Source of the DNA: Cyanobium sp. C1_MAG_00004
Lineage (GTDB): Bacteria; Cyanobacteriota; Cyanobacteriia; PCC-6307; Cyanobiaceae
Reading direction: 5' to 3'
Assembly: GCA_027486935.1 (NCBI GenBank)
Contig: JAIXOF010000120.1
Location: 1-32,000 of the forward strand
Length of the DNA: 32,000 bases
Below are positions 1 through 11,053 of this stretch, one piece after another. The position numbers and the translations under genes are program-made. Numbering within the stretch: position 1 is the first letter of the stretch; each line of letters begins with the position of its first letter. Under the pieces are notes generated by a model that saw only the letters and a program-made list of their open reading frames with translations, made no database searches and had not been told where the DNA came from.

Positions 1-2988
<2,988 letters not shown>

Positions 2989-3069
2989 CCAGCCGGATCG
3001 GGAACGGCTGAGTCTACGGGGGGTCGCCGCTCGTCCGGACCCAGCCGGGTTGAGATGGGCTCGGGTGCC

Positions 3070-4008
3070 CTAGGCCCCCTGGGTCAGCTCTTCACTGACC
3101 TGCCACAGGCGCGCCCCCTGGGCGGGATCGAGCGCAGCCTTGGCCATCGGCACGGCCTTGGGCCAACCCTTCATGCCGCCCAGCTCACTGGGGCCGTAGT
3201 GGCCACCGGGCTCGGCCTCGGGCGCCGTGAGTGCGAACAGCTGGGGCAGGGCCCCCTGGGCCGCGCTCTGGAACAGCGGTCCCATGAGCCGGTAGGCCAG
3301 GCGCTCGAGCTGCGAGCCATTGGCCGCCACCGAGGTGGGCTGCAGGTTGGTGCGGGCCAGGCCGGGATGGGCAGCCGCCGAACGCAGCTGGGGGTGACGG
3401 CGCTGCAGCTCCTGGGCAAATACCACGTTGGCGAGCTTGCTCTGGCTGTAGGCCTTCCAACGGTCGTAGCGCCGCTCCCCCTGCAGGTCTTCAAAATCCA
3501 GCTGGCCGAAATACTGGGCCCCCGAGGTGACCTGCACCACCCGCGGGCCGGGGCTGGCCAGCAGCAGCGGCAACAGCCGCTGGGTCAGGGCGAAATGGCC
3601 CAGGTGGTTGACGCCGAACTGCAGCTCAAAACCTTGACGGGTCAGGGTGCGGGGCGGCGCCATCACACCGGCGTTGTTGAGCAGCAGATCGAGACGGCTA
3701 TGACGCTCTGCCAGCTGATTGGCAGCCTGGCGCACACTGTCCAGATCGGCCAGATCCAGCTCAAGGACAGTGCAGCGAGCTTCTGGGTTCGGAGCTGAAC
3801 CAGCCGCGGTCTGCGCGATCAGCAGACCACGGGCCTGCTCGGCCTTGGCCAGGGTGCGGCAGGCCAGCACCACGGTGGCGCCTTGGGCCAGCAGGGCACG
3901 GGCGCTCTCAAGACCCAGGCCGCTGTTGGCACCGGTGACCAGGGCAATGCTGCCCGTCTGGTCGGGCATGGATGCGGTGGTCCAGCGCTGGGGGATGGGG
4001 GTCGACAT
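3070..4008 (-). CDS. Short-chain dehydrogenase/reductase (SDR) family oxidoreductase
   Basis: 312-aa ORF with the classical SDR motifs: TGxxxGxG (IALVTGANSGLGLESA), NNAG (LLLNNAGVMAPP) and catalytic YxxxK (YSQSKLANV). The substrate cannot be inferred. Confidence 0.8.
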   Translation of the reverse strand: MSTPIPQRWTTASMPDQTGSIALVTGANSGLGLESARALLAQGATVVLACRTLAKAEQARGLLIAQTAAGSAPNPEARCTVLELDLADLDSVRQAANQLAERHSRLDLLLNNAGVMAPPRTLTRQGFELQFGVNHLGHFALTQRLLPLLLASPGPRVVQVTSGAQYFGQLDFEDLQGERRYDRWKAYSQSKLANVVFAQELQRRHPQLRSAAAHPGLARTNLQPTSVAANGSQLERLAYRLMGPLFQSAAQGALPQLFALTAPEAEPGGHYGPSELGGMKGWPKAVPMAKAALDPAQGARLWQVSEELTQGA

Positions 4009-4022
4009 TTGCCAGGGCTGCC

Positions 4023-4045
4023 AAAGGCCCGCAAGGTAGCGGGCC
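4023..4045 (-). terminator. Candidate intrinsic terminator or RNA-stabilising hairpin after recN
   Basis: On the - strand the recN stop TAG (4047-4045) runs straight into GGCCCGC-TACCTT-GCGGGCC, a perfect 7-bp GC stem with a 6-nt loop (4045-4026). It is followed by TTT (4025-4023). The hairpin sits about 15 nt upstream of the SDR ATG at 4008. The U-tract is short, so termination may be partial. Confidence 0.4.
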
Positions 4046-5721
4046 TATGCCGCCCGCCTCAGCAGGCTGGCGGCATAACTGCTGGCGTCGCCCTGGTCGC
4101 CACCGGCCAGCTCCGCCAGTTCGGCCTGGCGGGCCTGGGTGTCCCGCAGGTGGGACACCCGCGTGGTGGTGGTGCCGGCCTCGACCACCTTGCTGACCCG
4201 GTAGTGGTGATCGGCCGCGGCGGCCACCAGGGGCTGGTGGGTCACGCAGAACACCTGCCGCTGGGCCGCCAGCCGCTGCAGCAGTTCGGCCATGGCGCCG
4301 CTGACCCGGCCGCTGACGCCGCTGTCGATCTCATCGAACAGCAGCGTCACGTGCTGATCGGCCGCGGCCAGGCAGGTTTTGAGTGCCAGCAGAAAGCGCG
4401 ACATCTCGCCGCCCGAGGCCACCTCGGCCAACGGCGCCAGGGGCTGGCCCGGATTGGCCGAAAACCGGAACTGCACCGCATCGGCGCCATCCTCGGCAGG
4501 GGCGCTGGGTTCCAGGGCCACGGCAAAGCGCACGTGGATCAGGCCCATGGGCCGCAGCGCCGCCATCAGCTGCTGCTCCAGCTGGGTGGCAGCACTGCGG
4601 CGGGCCTGGCTGAGACGGGCGTTGGCCCCGTCGCGGCGGGCGCGGGCCTGGGCTTCGGCAGCCTCGAGCGCCTCAAGCGAGGCCTGGCCGCCTCCGGGAG
4701 CCAGCTGCTCCCGCAGCTGATCCCGCAGGGCGATCAACGCGCCCAGGTCCTGGCCGTGTCGGCGCTCCAGGGTCTTGAGCTGGGCCATGCGTTCCTGCAG
4801 GGCCGCCAGGCTCTCGGGATCGCTGTCGAGGTCCGCCCCGTAGCGATCAAGATCCCGGGCCAGATCCTGCAGGGCCACCAGAGCATCGCTGCAGGCCTGG
4901 GCCAGAGGACCGGCACCTGCCGGATCCAGGGCCGCCATCTGGCCAAGTTCCTGCTCGCAGGCCGCCAGGTGCTCAAGGGCGGCCGGGGCCTCTTCAGCCC
5001 CCTCTTGAAGGCGCCCCAGCAGGGTCATGACCCCCTGCTGCAGCCGCACCCCGTGGGCAAGGCGGTCCTGCTCGGCCTGCAGCCGCTGGCGCTCGTGCGG
5101 GTCCTGCAGATCGGCGGCCTCAAGGTCGGCCAGCAGCTGCTCCTGCTGCTGGCGCTGCAGCTGCAGCTGCTGCCACTGATCGCGGGCGGTTTCCAGGGCG
5201 GCCGCAGCCTGCTTCCAGGCGCGGTAGGCCATCGCCACCGGCTCCAGAGCCGCTGCCAGCGGCGCCCCGCCAAAACGGTCGAGCCAGCGGCGCTGCTGGC
5301 CGGGGCGCGCCAGCTGCTGGGTCTGGCCCTGCACGGTCAGATCCAACAGCAACGGCCGCAGCTCCTGAATCTGCTGACGGTTCACCGCCACGCCATTGAG
5401 CCGGTGGCGGCTGCTGAGGCGCTCGTCACTGAGGCGCCACTCGCGGCTCAGCAGGATCTCGTCGCCATCGGCCTCGAGCTGCTGGGCAGTCAGCCAGGCC
5501 TGCAGCGGCGGGGTCAGACTGAAACTGGCCTCGATCAGACCCCGTTCACTGCCCTGGCGCAACAGCCGCGGGCCCGAACCCCCCAACAACGCGTCAAGGG
5601 CATCGAGCAGGATCGATTTGCCCGCACCGGTCTCGCCGGTGAGCACGGTCATGCCTTGGCTGAAGCTGAGCTCGAGGGCCTCGATCAGGGCGATGTTCTC
5701 GAGCCGCAGACCGGTGAGCAC
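4045..5721 (-). CDS. recN: DNA repair protein RecN
   Basis: 558 aa with a GTG start at 5721. It has an N-terminal Walker A (LTGETGAGKSILLDAL), a long Q/L/A/E-rich coiled-coil middle, and a C-terminal SMC-type signature (ASGGEMSRFLLALK) plus Walker B (LLFDEIDSGVSG). This is the RecN architecture. Confidence 0.9.
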   Translation of the reverse strand: MLTGLRLENIALIEALELSFSQGMTVLTGETGAGKSILLDALDALLGGSGPRLLRQGSERGLIEASFSLTPPLQAWLTAQQLEADGDEILLSREWRLSDERLSSRHRLNGVAVNRQQIQELRPLLLDLTVQGQTQQLARPGQQRRWLDRFGGAPLAAALEPVAMAYRAWKQAAAALETARDQWQQLQLQRQQQEQLLADLEAADLQDPHERQRLQAEQDRLAHGVRLQQGVMTLLGRLQEGAEEAPAALEHLAACEQELGQMAALDPAGAGPLAQACSDALVALQDLARDLDRYGADLDSDPESLAALQERMAQLKTLERRHGQDLGALIALRDQLREQLAPGGGQASLEALEAAEAQARARRDGANARLSQARRSAATQLEQQLMAALRPMGLIHVRFAVALEPSAPAEDGADAVQFRFSANPGQPLAPLAEVASGGEMSRFLLALKTCLAAADQHVTLLFDEIDSGVSGRVSGAMAELLQRLAAQRQVFCVTHQPLVAAAADHHYRVSKVVEAGTTTTRVSHLRDTQARQAELAELAGGDQGDASSYAASLLRRAA

Positions 5722-5821
5722 GGCAATCTCCGCAGGCGCATCGGTGGTCGGCCCGACCGTAGCGGCTGCCGCTTTCGTTTAGAAGGGGGACCGGCGCCTC
5801 GCCTGAGCGGACCCGCAGACC

Positions 5822-7747
5822 ATGGCCAGCTCCAGCTCCACCCAGATCTCCAGCGAGATCAGTGACTTCATCGAAGCGGCCGGTCTGCTCGAGTACGACC
5901 CCGAGGCGATCACACGCATCTACGCCGGCCACCCCCAGCGGCTGTTCCGGCGGTTCTGGCAGACCCTGGTGCCGATCGGCCTGTACCTGCTGGGGGTCGG
6001 TTTCGACTGGTTGATCCAGCGCCTCAAGGACCCTGAAGTCGCCCGGGCCCGCGCCAAGGAAGCGGCCGATCTAGTGGCCTCGCTGGGACCGGCTTTCATC
6101 AAGGCGGGTCAGGCCCTGTCGACCCGCCCCGACATCGTGCCGCCGCTGCTGCTCGAAGAGCTGGCCCAACTGCAGGACCAACTGCCGGGCTTTGAGTCGG
6201 CCCTGGCGATGGCCTGCATCGAAGAGGACCTGGGCGCGCCGGTGAGCACGATCTACGCCCAGCTGGACCCCGAACCGATCTCGGCCGCTTCGCTTGGGCA
6301 GGTCCACAGGGGCGTGCTGCACAGCGGCGAGAACGTGGCGGTCAAGGTGCAGCGGCCCGGCCTGCGCGAACAGATCACCCTGGATCTGTACATCGTGCGC
6401 AACATCGCCGCCTGGCTGAACCGCAATGTCGGCCTGATCCGCAGCGACCTGGTGGCCCTGATCGACGAACTGGGCCGGCGGGTGTTCGAAGAGATGGACT
6501 ACTGCAACGAGGCCAGCAACGCCGAACGCTTTGCCGCCCTGCACGCCCAGAACCCCCGCATCGCCGTGCCGCGCATCTACCGCGAGGCCACCAGCCGGCG
6601 GGTGCTGACGATGGAGTGGATCGACGGCGTCAAGCTCACCAACCTGGAGGCGGTGCGGCAGCTGGGCTTCGACCCTGACGACATGGTGCAGGTGGGGGTC
6701 GACTGCAGCCTGCAACAGCTGCTGGAGCACGGCTTCTTTCACGCCGATCCCCATCCCGGCAACCTGCTGGCCCTGGCTGACGGGCGCCTGGCCTATCTCG
6801 ATTTCGGCATGATGAGCGAGGTGAGCCGCGAGTCGCGCACCGGTCTGATCCAGGCGGTGGTGCACCTGGTCAACCGCAATTTTTCCAAGCTGTCCAAGGA
6901 CTTCGTCAGCCTTGGATTCCTGGCGGAGGACGTGAACCTTGAGCCGATCGTGCCGGCGTTTGAAACGGTGTTCGGCCAGGCGCTGGAACAGGGGGTCAGC
7001 CGCATGGACTTCAAGGCCGTCACCGATGACCTGAGCGGGGTGATGTATCGCTTCCCGTTCAGGGTGCCGCCCTATTACGCCCTGATCATTCGCTCGCTGG
7101 TGACCCTGGAGGGCATTGCCCTCAGCGTCGACCCCGACTTCAAGATCCTGGGGGCCGCCTATCCGTACTTCGCCAGGCGGCTGATGGAAGACCCCGATCC
7201 GTCCCTGCGCCAGAGCCTCAAAGAGATGCTGTTTGACGGCGAGGTGTTTCGTTGGCAGCGGCTCGACAATCTGGTGGCCAGTGCCGCCCAGGGCACCGCC
7301 CTGGACCTGGACGGGCTGCTGGACCAGGTGATCAGCTTCCTGTTCTCGGACAACGGCGGTCTGCTGCGGCGGCAGCTCGTCGAGGCCGCGGTCGAGAACC
7401 TCGATGATCTGGCCTGGCAGACCACCCTGAGCCTGAGCCGCCGCCTGCCGCAGCGGTTGCAGGCGCTGCAGCCGCCGGGGCTGCGGCAGTGGTCCCAGGA
7501 GCACCAGGAAGGCGGCGGCGACCTGTTGCTGACCCTCGAACCGATCCGCCAGTTGATGCGCATCCTGGTGGCGTTGCCAGGTTTTGAACCGCAGATGCTG
7601 CTGAACCGGGTGCCGCGCCTGCTGGCGGAACCCGGACTACGGGGCATGGGCCGGGATCTGGCCCGCGGTCTGGCCGAACGGGGCCTGGTGCGGCTGCTGC
7701 GCGATGTGCTGGTGTCTGACCGCAACCGAACAGTGCAGCCCGCCTAG
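5822..7747 (+). CDS. ABC1/UbiB (ADCK-type) atypical protein kinase family protein
   Basis: 641 aa carrying ABC1-family motifs: AASLGQVHRG, VAVKVQRPG, FFHADPHPGNL and YLDFGMM. Confidence 0.85.
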   Translation: MASSSSTQISSEISDFIEAAGLLEYDPEAITRIYAGHPQRLFRRFWQTLVPIGLYLLGVGFDWLIQRLKDPEVARARAKEAADLVASLGPAFIKAGQALSTRPDIVPPLLLEELAQLQDQLPGFESALAMACIEEDLGAPVSTIYAQLDPEPISAASLGQVHRGVLHSGENVAVKVQRPGLREQITLDLYIVRNIAAWLNRNVGLIRSDLVALIDELGRRVFEEMDYCNEASNAERFAALHAQNPRIAVPRIYREATSRRVLTMEWIDGVKLTNLEAVRQLGFDPDDMVQVGVDCSLQQLLEHGFFHADPHPGNLLALADGRLAYLDFGMMSEVSRESRTGLIQAVVHLVNRNFSKLSKDFVSLGFLAEDVNLEPIVPAFETVFGQALEQGVSRMDFKAVTDDLSGVMYRFPFRVPPYYALIIRSLVTLEGIALSVDPDFKILGAAYPYFARRLMEDPDPSLRQSLKEMLFDGEVFRWQRLDNLVASAAQGTALDLDGLLDQVISFLFSDNGGLLRRQLVEAAVENLDDLAWQTTLSLSRRLPQRLQALQPPGLRQWSQEHQEGGGDLLLTLEPIRQLMRILVALPGFEPQMLLNRVPRLLAEPGLRGMGRDLARGLAERGLVRLLRDVLVSDRNRTVQPA

Positions 7748-7778
7748 AGTCGATTTCGAACCATTTGTGCAGGATCCG

Positions 7779-8381
7779 GTGGCCAGCCGCAGCAAAAGCA
7801 CCCATCGGCGCCGGCTGTTTGCAAAAAATCGGTTGTTGGCAGCAGGCCTGATGGTCCTTTGCTGCGGACCGCTGGTGCCACAGCCACCGGTTCAGGCCGC
7901 TGAAAACCTGGTGTTCGTGAGCGGGGCGTTCCGCCGCTCGATCCCAGTTGCCGATCTGGAGTATCTGGCCAACACCGGCCAGGCCCGCGGCCTGCTGGCC
8001 GATGTGCTGGCGCTGGCCCGCCAGAACCCGGCCACCGTGGCAAAAATGCTCAAGGAATCGATCAGCCTGCCGGTGACTCTGGTGAGCCGGCTGCTGAACA
8101 CCCGCATCGGCGAAGCACTGCTTCAGCGGGTCGGGCAGATCGTGTTTCCCCTCTACGCCAGCGGCGACAGCGTGCCTGCCCTCCGTTCGGCCGTGATCCT
8201 GGGGCTGGTGCAGGGCAACGGTTCGCTCTCGGCCATCTCCTTTTTCAAGGCCTATCCGACCCAGGAGATGGAAGTCAGCATTCCGGCGCTACTGAGTCTG
8301 ATGAGCAAGGCCAGCTCGATCAGCGAACTGGTGCGCTTCTTCTCCGAGTCGCCCCTGGACGGCCTCAAGGGCAGCAACTAA
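7779..8381 (+). CDS. DUF1400-domain protein with N-terminal signal/anchor (cyanobacterial conserved hypothetical)
   Basis: This is the frame of track ORF 7704..8381. I trimmed the start to the GTG at 7779, downstream of the ABC1 stop at 7747. A hydrophobic leader (LLAAGLMVLCCGPLVPQPPVQA) is followed by ENLVFVSGAFRRSIPVADLEYLANTG...ALRSAVILG...AYPTQEMEVSIPALLSL. I recognise that as the cyanobacterial DUF1400 pattern. The exact start is uncertain. Confidence 0.65.
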   Translation: MASRSKSTHRRRLFAKNRLLAAGLMVLCCGPLVPQPPVQAAENLVFVSGAFRRSIPVADLEYLANTGQARGLLADVLALARQNPATVAKMLKESISLPVTLVSRLLNTRIGEALLQRVGQIVFPLYASGDSVPALRSAVILGLVQGNGSLSAISFFKAYPTQEMEVSIPALLSLMSKASSISELVRFFSESPLDGLKGSN

Positions 8382-8420
8382 GCGGCGGCACGTAGATTCG
8401 GCCCAGCGTCCCCCTTTGCC

Positions 8421-9524
8421 GTGCCCCTGCTCCGATCCCTGCGGCGATTGGGCAGCAGGCCGACCCATCAGGACTGGCCTGGCCTAATCGAGGCCTACCG
8501 CCGCTGGTTGCCGGTCAGCGCCAGCACCCCGGTGGTCACCCTGCATGAAGGGGCGACCCCGCTGATTCCGGCCAAGGCGGTCTCGGAACGCATCGGCCGC
8601 GGTGTCAAGGTTTTCCTGAAGTACGACGGCCTGAACCCCACCGGCTCGTTCAAGGACCGGGGCATGACCATGGCCATCTCCAAGGCCAAGGAAGCCGGCT
8701 CTGAGGCCGTGATTTGCGCCAGCACCGGCAACACCTCGGCAGCGGCGGCGGCCTACGCCCGCCGCGGTGGCATGCGGGCCTTTGTGCTGATCCCCGATGG
8801 TTATGTGGCCCAGGGCAAGCTCGCCCAGGCCCTGCTCTACGGCGCCGAGGTGATCGCCATCCAGGGCAACTTCGACCGGGCCCTGGCAATCGTGCAGGAG
8901 GTGGCCAACAAGTACCCGATCACCCTGGTCAACTCGGTCAATCCCTACCGGCTGCAGGGGCAGAAGACCGCAGCCTTCGAGGTGGTGGATGCCCTGGGTG
9001 AGTCCCCCGACTGGCTCTGCATCCCGGTCGGCAACGCCGGCAACATCAGCGCCTACTGGATGGGCTTCAACGAATACAAGGCTGCTGGCCACTGCCGCAA
9101 CCTGCCGCGGATGATGGGCTTTCAGGCCGCAGGCTCGGCGCCGCTGGTGCTGGGCCACACCGTCGAGCAACCCGACACGATCGCCACGGCGATCCGCATC
9201 GGCAACCCGGTCAACCGCGACAACGCCCTGCGGGTGCGCAGCGAAAGCAACGGTGACTTCATGGCCGTCACCGACGCCGAGATCATTGCGGCCTACAAGC
9301 TGCTCGGCAGCGAAGAAGGGGTGTTCTGCGAACCCGCCAGCGCCGCCTCGGTGGCCGGTCTGCTCAAGCGCAGCCATGAGGTGCCGGATCGGGCCACCGT
9401 GGTCTGTGTGCTGACCGGCAACGGCCTCAAGGATCCAGGCACCGCGATCGAGCACAACGACGCCCGTTTTCACACCGGTCTGGCGGCCGAAACCGACTCG
9501 GTCGCCCGGGTGATGGGGTTCTGA
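8421..9524 (+). CDS. thrC: Threonine synthase
   Basis: 367 aa with a GTG start. It has the PLP-lysine motif (KYDGLNPTGSFKDRGMT), ASTGNTSAAAAAY, and a typical short-form ThrC length. Confidence 0.9.
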   Translation: MPLLRSLRRLGSRPTHQDWPGLIEAYRRWLPVSASTPVVTLHEGATPLIPAKAVSERIGRGVKVFLKYDGLNPTGSFKDRGMTMAISKAKEAGSEAVICASTGNTSAAAAAYARRGGMRAFVLIPDGYVAQGKLAQALLYGAEVIAIQGNFDRALAIVQEVANKYPITLVNSVNPYRLQGQKTAAFEVVDALGESPDWLCIPVGNAGNISAYWMGFNEYKAAGHCRNLPRMMGFQAAGSAPLVLGHTVEQPDTIATAIRIGNPVNRDNALRVRSESNGDFMAVTDAEIIAAYKLLGSEEGVFCEPASAASVAGLLKRSHEVPDRATVVCVLTGNGLKDPGTAIEHNDARFHTGLAAETDSVARVMGF

Positions 9525-9546
9525 GGCCGCTTAGACCTCAGAACCA
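9518..9546 (+). terminator. Hairpin spanning the thrC stop codon (possible terminator or RNA 3'-end stabiliser)
   Basis: GGTTCTGAGG (9518-9527), a 9-nt loop CCGCTTAGA, then CCTCAGAACC (9537-9546) form a perfect 10-bp stem. The TGA stop (9522-9524) lies inside the 5' arm. No U-tract follows, so rho-independent termination is not assured. Confidence 0.35.
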
Positions 9547-9904
9547 ATCCACAAACAGGCTGCTGGGAACCTGGGGAATCAGGCCCACTTCCCTGTCGAT
9601 CGGCACCGGAGAACAGCAGGCCTGTGCACCCGGCGGAATTCCCCAGTGGCGGCAAACGGTGGAAAAGTCGGGCTTTTGCCCAGATGGCCGCCTCGATTCC
9701 TCAGGCCTCCTGAAGTCAGATCCCTTCGAGAGCAAGGGCAGAGCAGCTTTTTCCGCCGTTTCCCCAGCCCCTTCTACGACGGTTCATTTGTTTTAAAAGA
9801 CTTTCAATCCAAACCCAGAAGGCAGGGAAAACCACCCGTTGCGCATCGGACCAGGCTGTGGAAGCGTGGGGAGCCCCAACGGGCCCAGGCCCCACGCAAC
9901 CGCA
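9525..9904. other. Probable chromosomal replication origin (oriC) plus dnaN promoter region
   Basis: This is the longest non-coding spacer in the window at 380 bp, directly upstream of dnaN. It contains an AT-rich patch at 9784-9814 with 7 G/C in 31 nt. Degenerate DnaA-box-like 9-mers are present: CAATCCACA 9546-9554, GGTGGAAAA 9659-9667 (TTTTCCACC on the - strand, 8/9 match to TTTTCCACA), TTTTCCGCC 9750-9758, GTTTCCCCA 9759-9767, and TGTGGAAGC 9858-9866 (GCTTCCACA on the - strand). A dnaN-linked oriC is the known arrangement in cyanobacteria. Confidence 0.5.
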
Positions 9905-11047
9905 ATGAAGCTGGTTTGCTCCCAGTCCGAACTCAGCGCCAGCCTTCAACTGGTCAGTCGCGCGGTTGCAGCCCGGCCTACCCATCCGGTGCTGGCCAAC
10001 GTGCTGCTGACGGCCGATGCGGGCACCGGTCGCCTCAGCCTGACCGGCTTTGATCTCAATCTCGGCATTCAGACCAGCCTGCCGGCCTCGGTCGAGGTCA
10101 GCGGCGCCATCACCCTGCCGGCGCGCCTGTTCGGCGAGATCGTCACCCGGTTGGCGGCGGACACTCCGATCACCCTGAGCTGCCCCGAAGGCCAGGAGCA
10201 GCTCGAGCTCACCAGCCTGTCGGGCAGCTATCAGGTGCGGGGCATGCCCGCCGATGACTTTCCCGACCTGCCCCTGGTGCAGACCGGTGTGCCGATTCGG
10301 CTCGAATCCGAAGCCCTGATCCAGGGCCTGCGGGGCACCCTGTTCGCCAGCAGCGGCGATGAGGCCAAGCAGCTGTTGACCGGGGTTCACCTGCAGCTCG
10401 ATCCCGAGGGGCTCGAATGCGCTGCCACCGATGGCCATCGCCTGGCGGTGCTGCGCCTGCCCCATGCCCAGTCGGGCCAGGCTGACGGCGGTGAGCCGTT
10501 TGCCGTCACCGTGCCCGCCCGCTCGTTGCGCGAGCTGGAACGCCTGCTGTCGGGGCGACCCTCCACCGAACCCCTGAGCCTGTTCTGCGACCGCGGACAG
10601 GTGGTGTTTCTGTGGGCTGACCAGGTGCTGACCAGCCGCAGCCTCGATGGGGCCTATCCCAACTATCGGCAGCTGATCCCCGAGAGCTTCGGGCGGGCGA
10701 TCCAGCTGGAGCGGCGGGCCCTGATCGCGGCTCTCGAGCGGGTGGCGGTGCTGGCCGATCAGCACAACAACGTGGTCAAGCTGAGCGCCTATCCGGCCGA
10801 AGGCCAGTTGCAGATCAGCGCCGATGTGCAGGATGTGGGCAGCGGTTCCGAATCCCTGCCCGCCTCCATCAGCGGTGAGGCGATCCAGATCGCGTTCAAT
10901 GTGCGCTACCTGCTCGACGGCCTCAAGGCGATCGGCGGCGACCAGGTGGTGTTGCGCTGCAATGGCCCCACCACCCCGGCCGTGCTGACGCCGGTCGATG
11001 ATGGGCGCTTCACCTACCTGGTGATGCCGGTTCAGATTCGTCAGTGA
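9905..11047 (+). CDS. dnaN: DNA polymerase III subunit beta (sliding clamp)
   Basis: Frame of track ORF 9839..11047, trimmed to the ATG at 9905. It begins MKLVCSQSELSASLQLVSRAVAARPTHPVLANVLL, a typical beta-clamp N-terminus, and ends ...FTYLVMPVQIRQ. The resulting 380 aa is the canonical clamp length. Confidence 0.92.
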   Translation: MKLVCSQSELSASLQLVSRAVAARPTHPVLANVLLTADAGTGRLSLTGFDLNLGIQTSLPASVEVSGAITLPARLFGEIVTRLAADTPITLSCPEGQEQLELTSLSGSYQVRGMPADDFPDLPLVQTGVPIRLESEALIQGLRGTLFASSGDEAKQLLTGVHLQLDPEGLECAATDGHRLAVLRLPHAQSGQADGGEPFAVTVPARSLRELERLLSGRPSTEPLSLFCDRGQVVFLWADQVLTSRSLDGAYPNYRQLIPESFGRAIQLERRALIAALERVAVLADQHNNVVKLSAYPAEGQLQISADVQDVGSGSESLPASISGEAIQIAFNVRYLLDGLKAIGGDQVVLRCNGPTTPAVLTPVDDGRFTYLVMPVQIRQ

Positions 11048-11053
11048 GCGTCT

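Noticed and set aside
3883-5865. A 660-aa + ORF opposite recN. Similar long antisense ORFs occur at 6071..7504 -, 8484..9473 -, 9716..11413 -, 11689..12555 -, 12613..13764 -, 14034..14897 -, 16132..18150 +, 18369..19028 +, 19150..20328 +, 21283..22185 -, 22164..23744 -, 23789..24667 -, 25077..26597 -, 27243..28181 +, 28465..29532 - and 30603..31223 +.
   Set aside because: Each lies opposite a gene with clear family motifs (recN, ABC1, thrC, dnaN, purL, purF, parC-like, TPR, queG, nusB, ftsY, PP2C, argH, dusA, HI0933, pilC/pilT). Each translates to Arg/Ala/Gly/Pro/Gln-rich sequence without motifs. Stop-codon scarcity at ~67% GC explains them.
9690-9712. A tRNA T-arm-like string (GCCTCGATTCCTCAGGC) in the origin spacer.
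   Set aside because: Only a 4-bp stem is possible. No acceptor, D or anticodon arms can be built around it, so it is not a tRNA or tmRNA.
9646-10053. A 135-aa + ORF, plus 61- and 65-aa - ORFs, inside the thrC-dnaN spacer. These might be a small origin-associated protein.
   Set aside because: The + ORF runs out of frame into dnaN and its product is basic low-complexity sequence. There is no RBS or conservation argument, so the region is better explained as non-coding oriC and promoter DNA.
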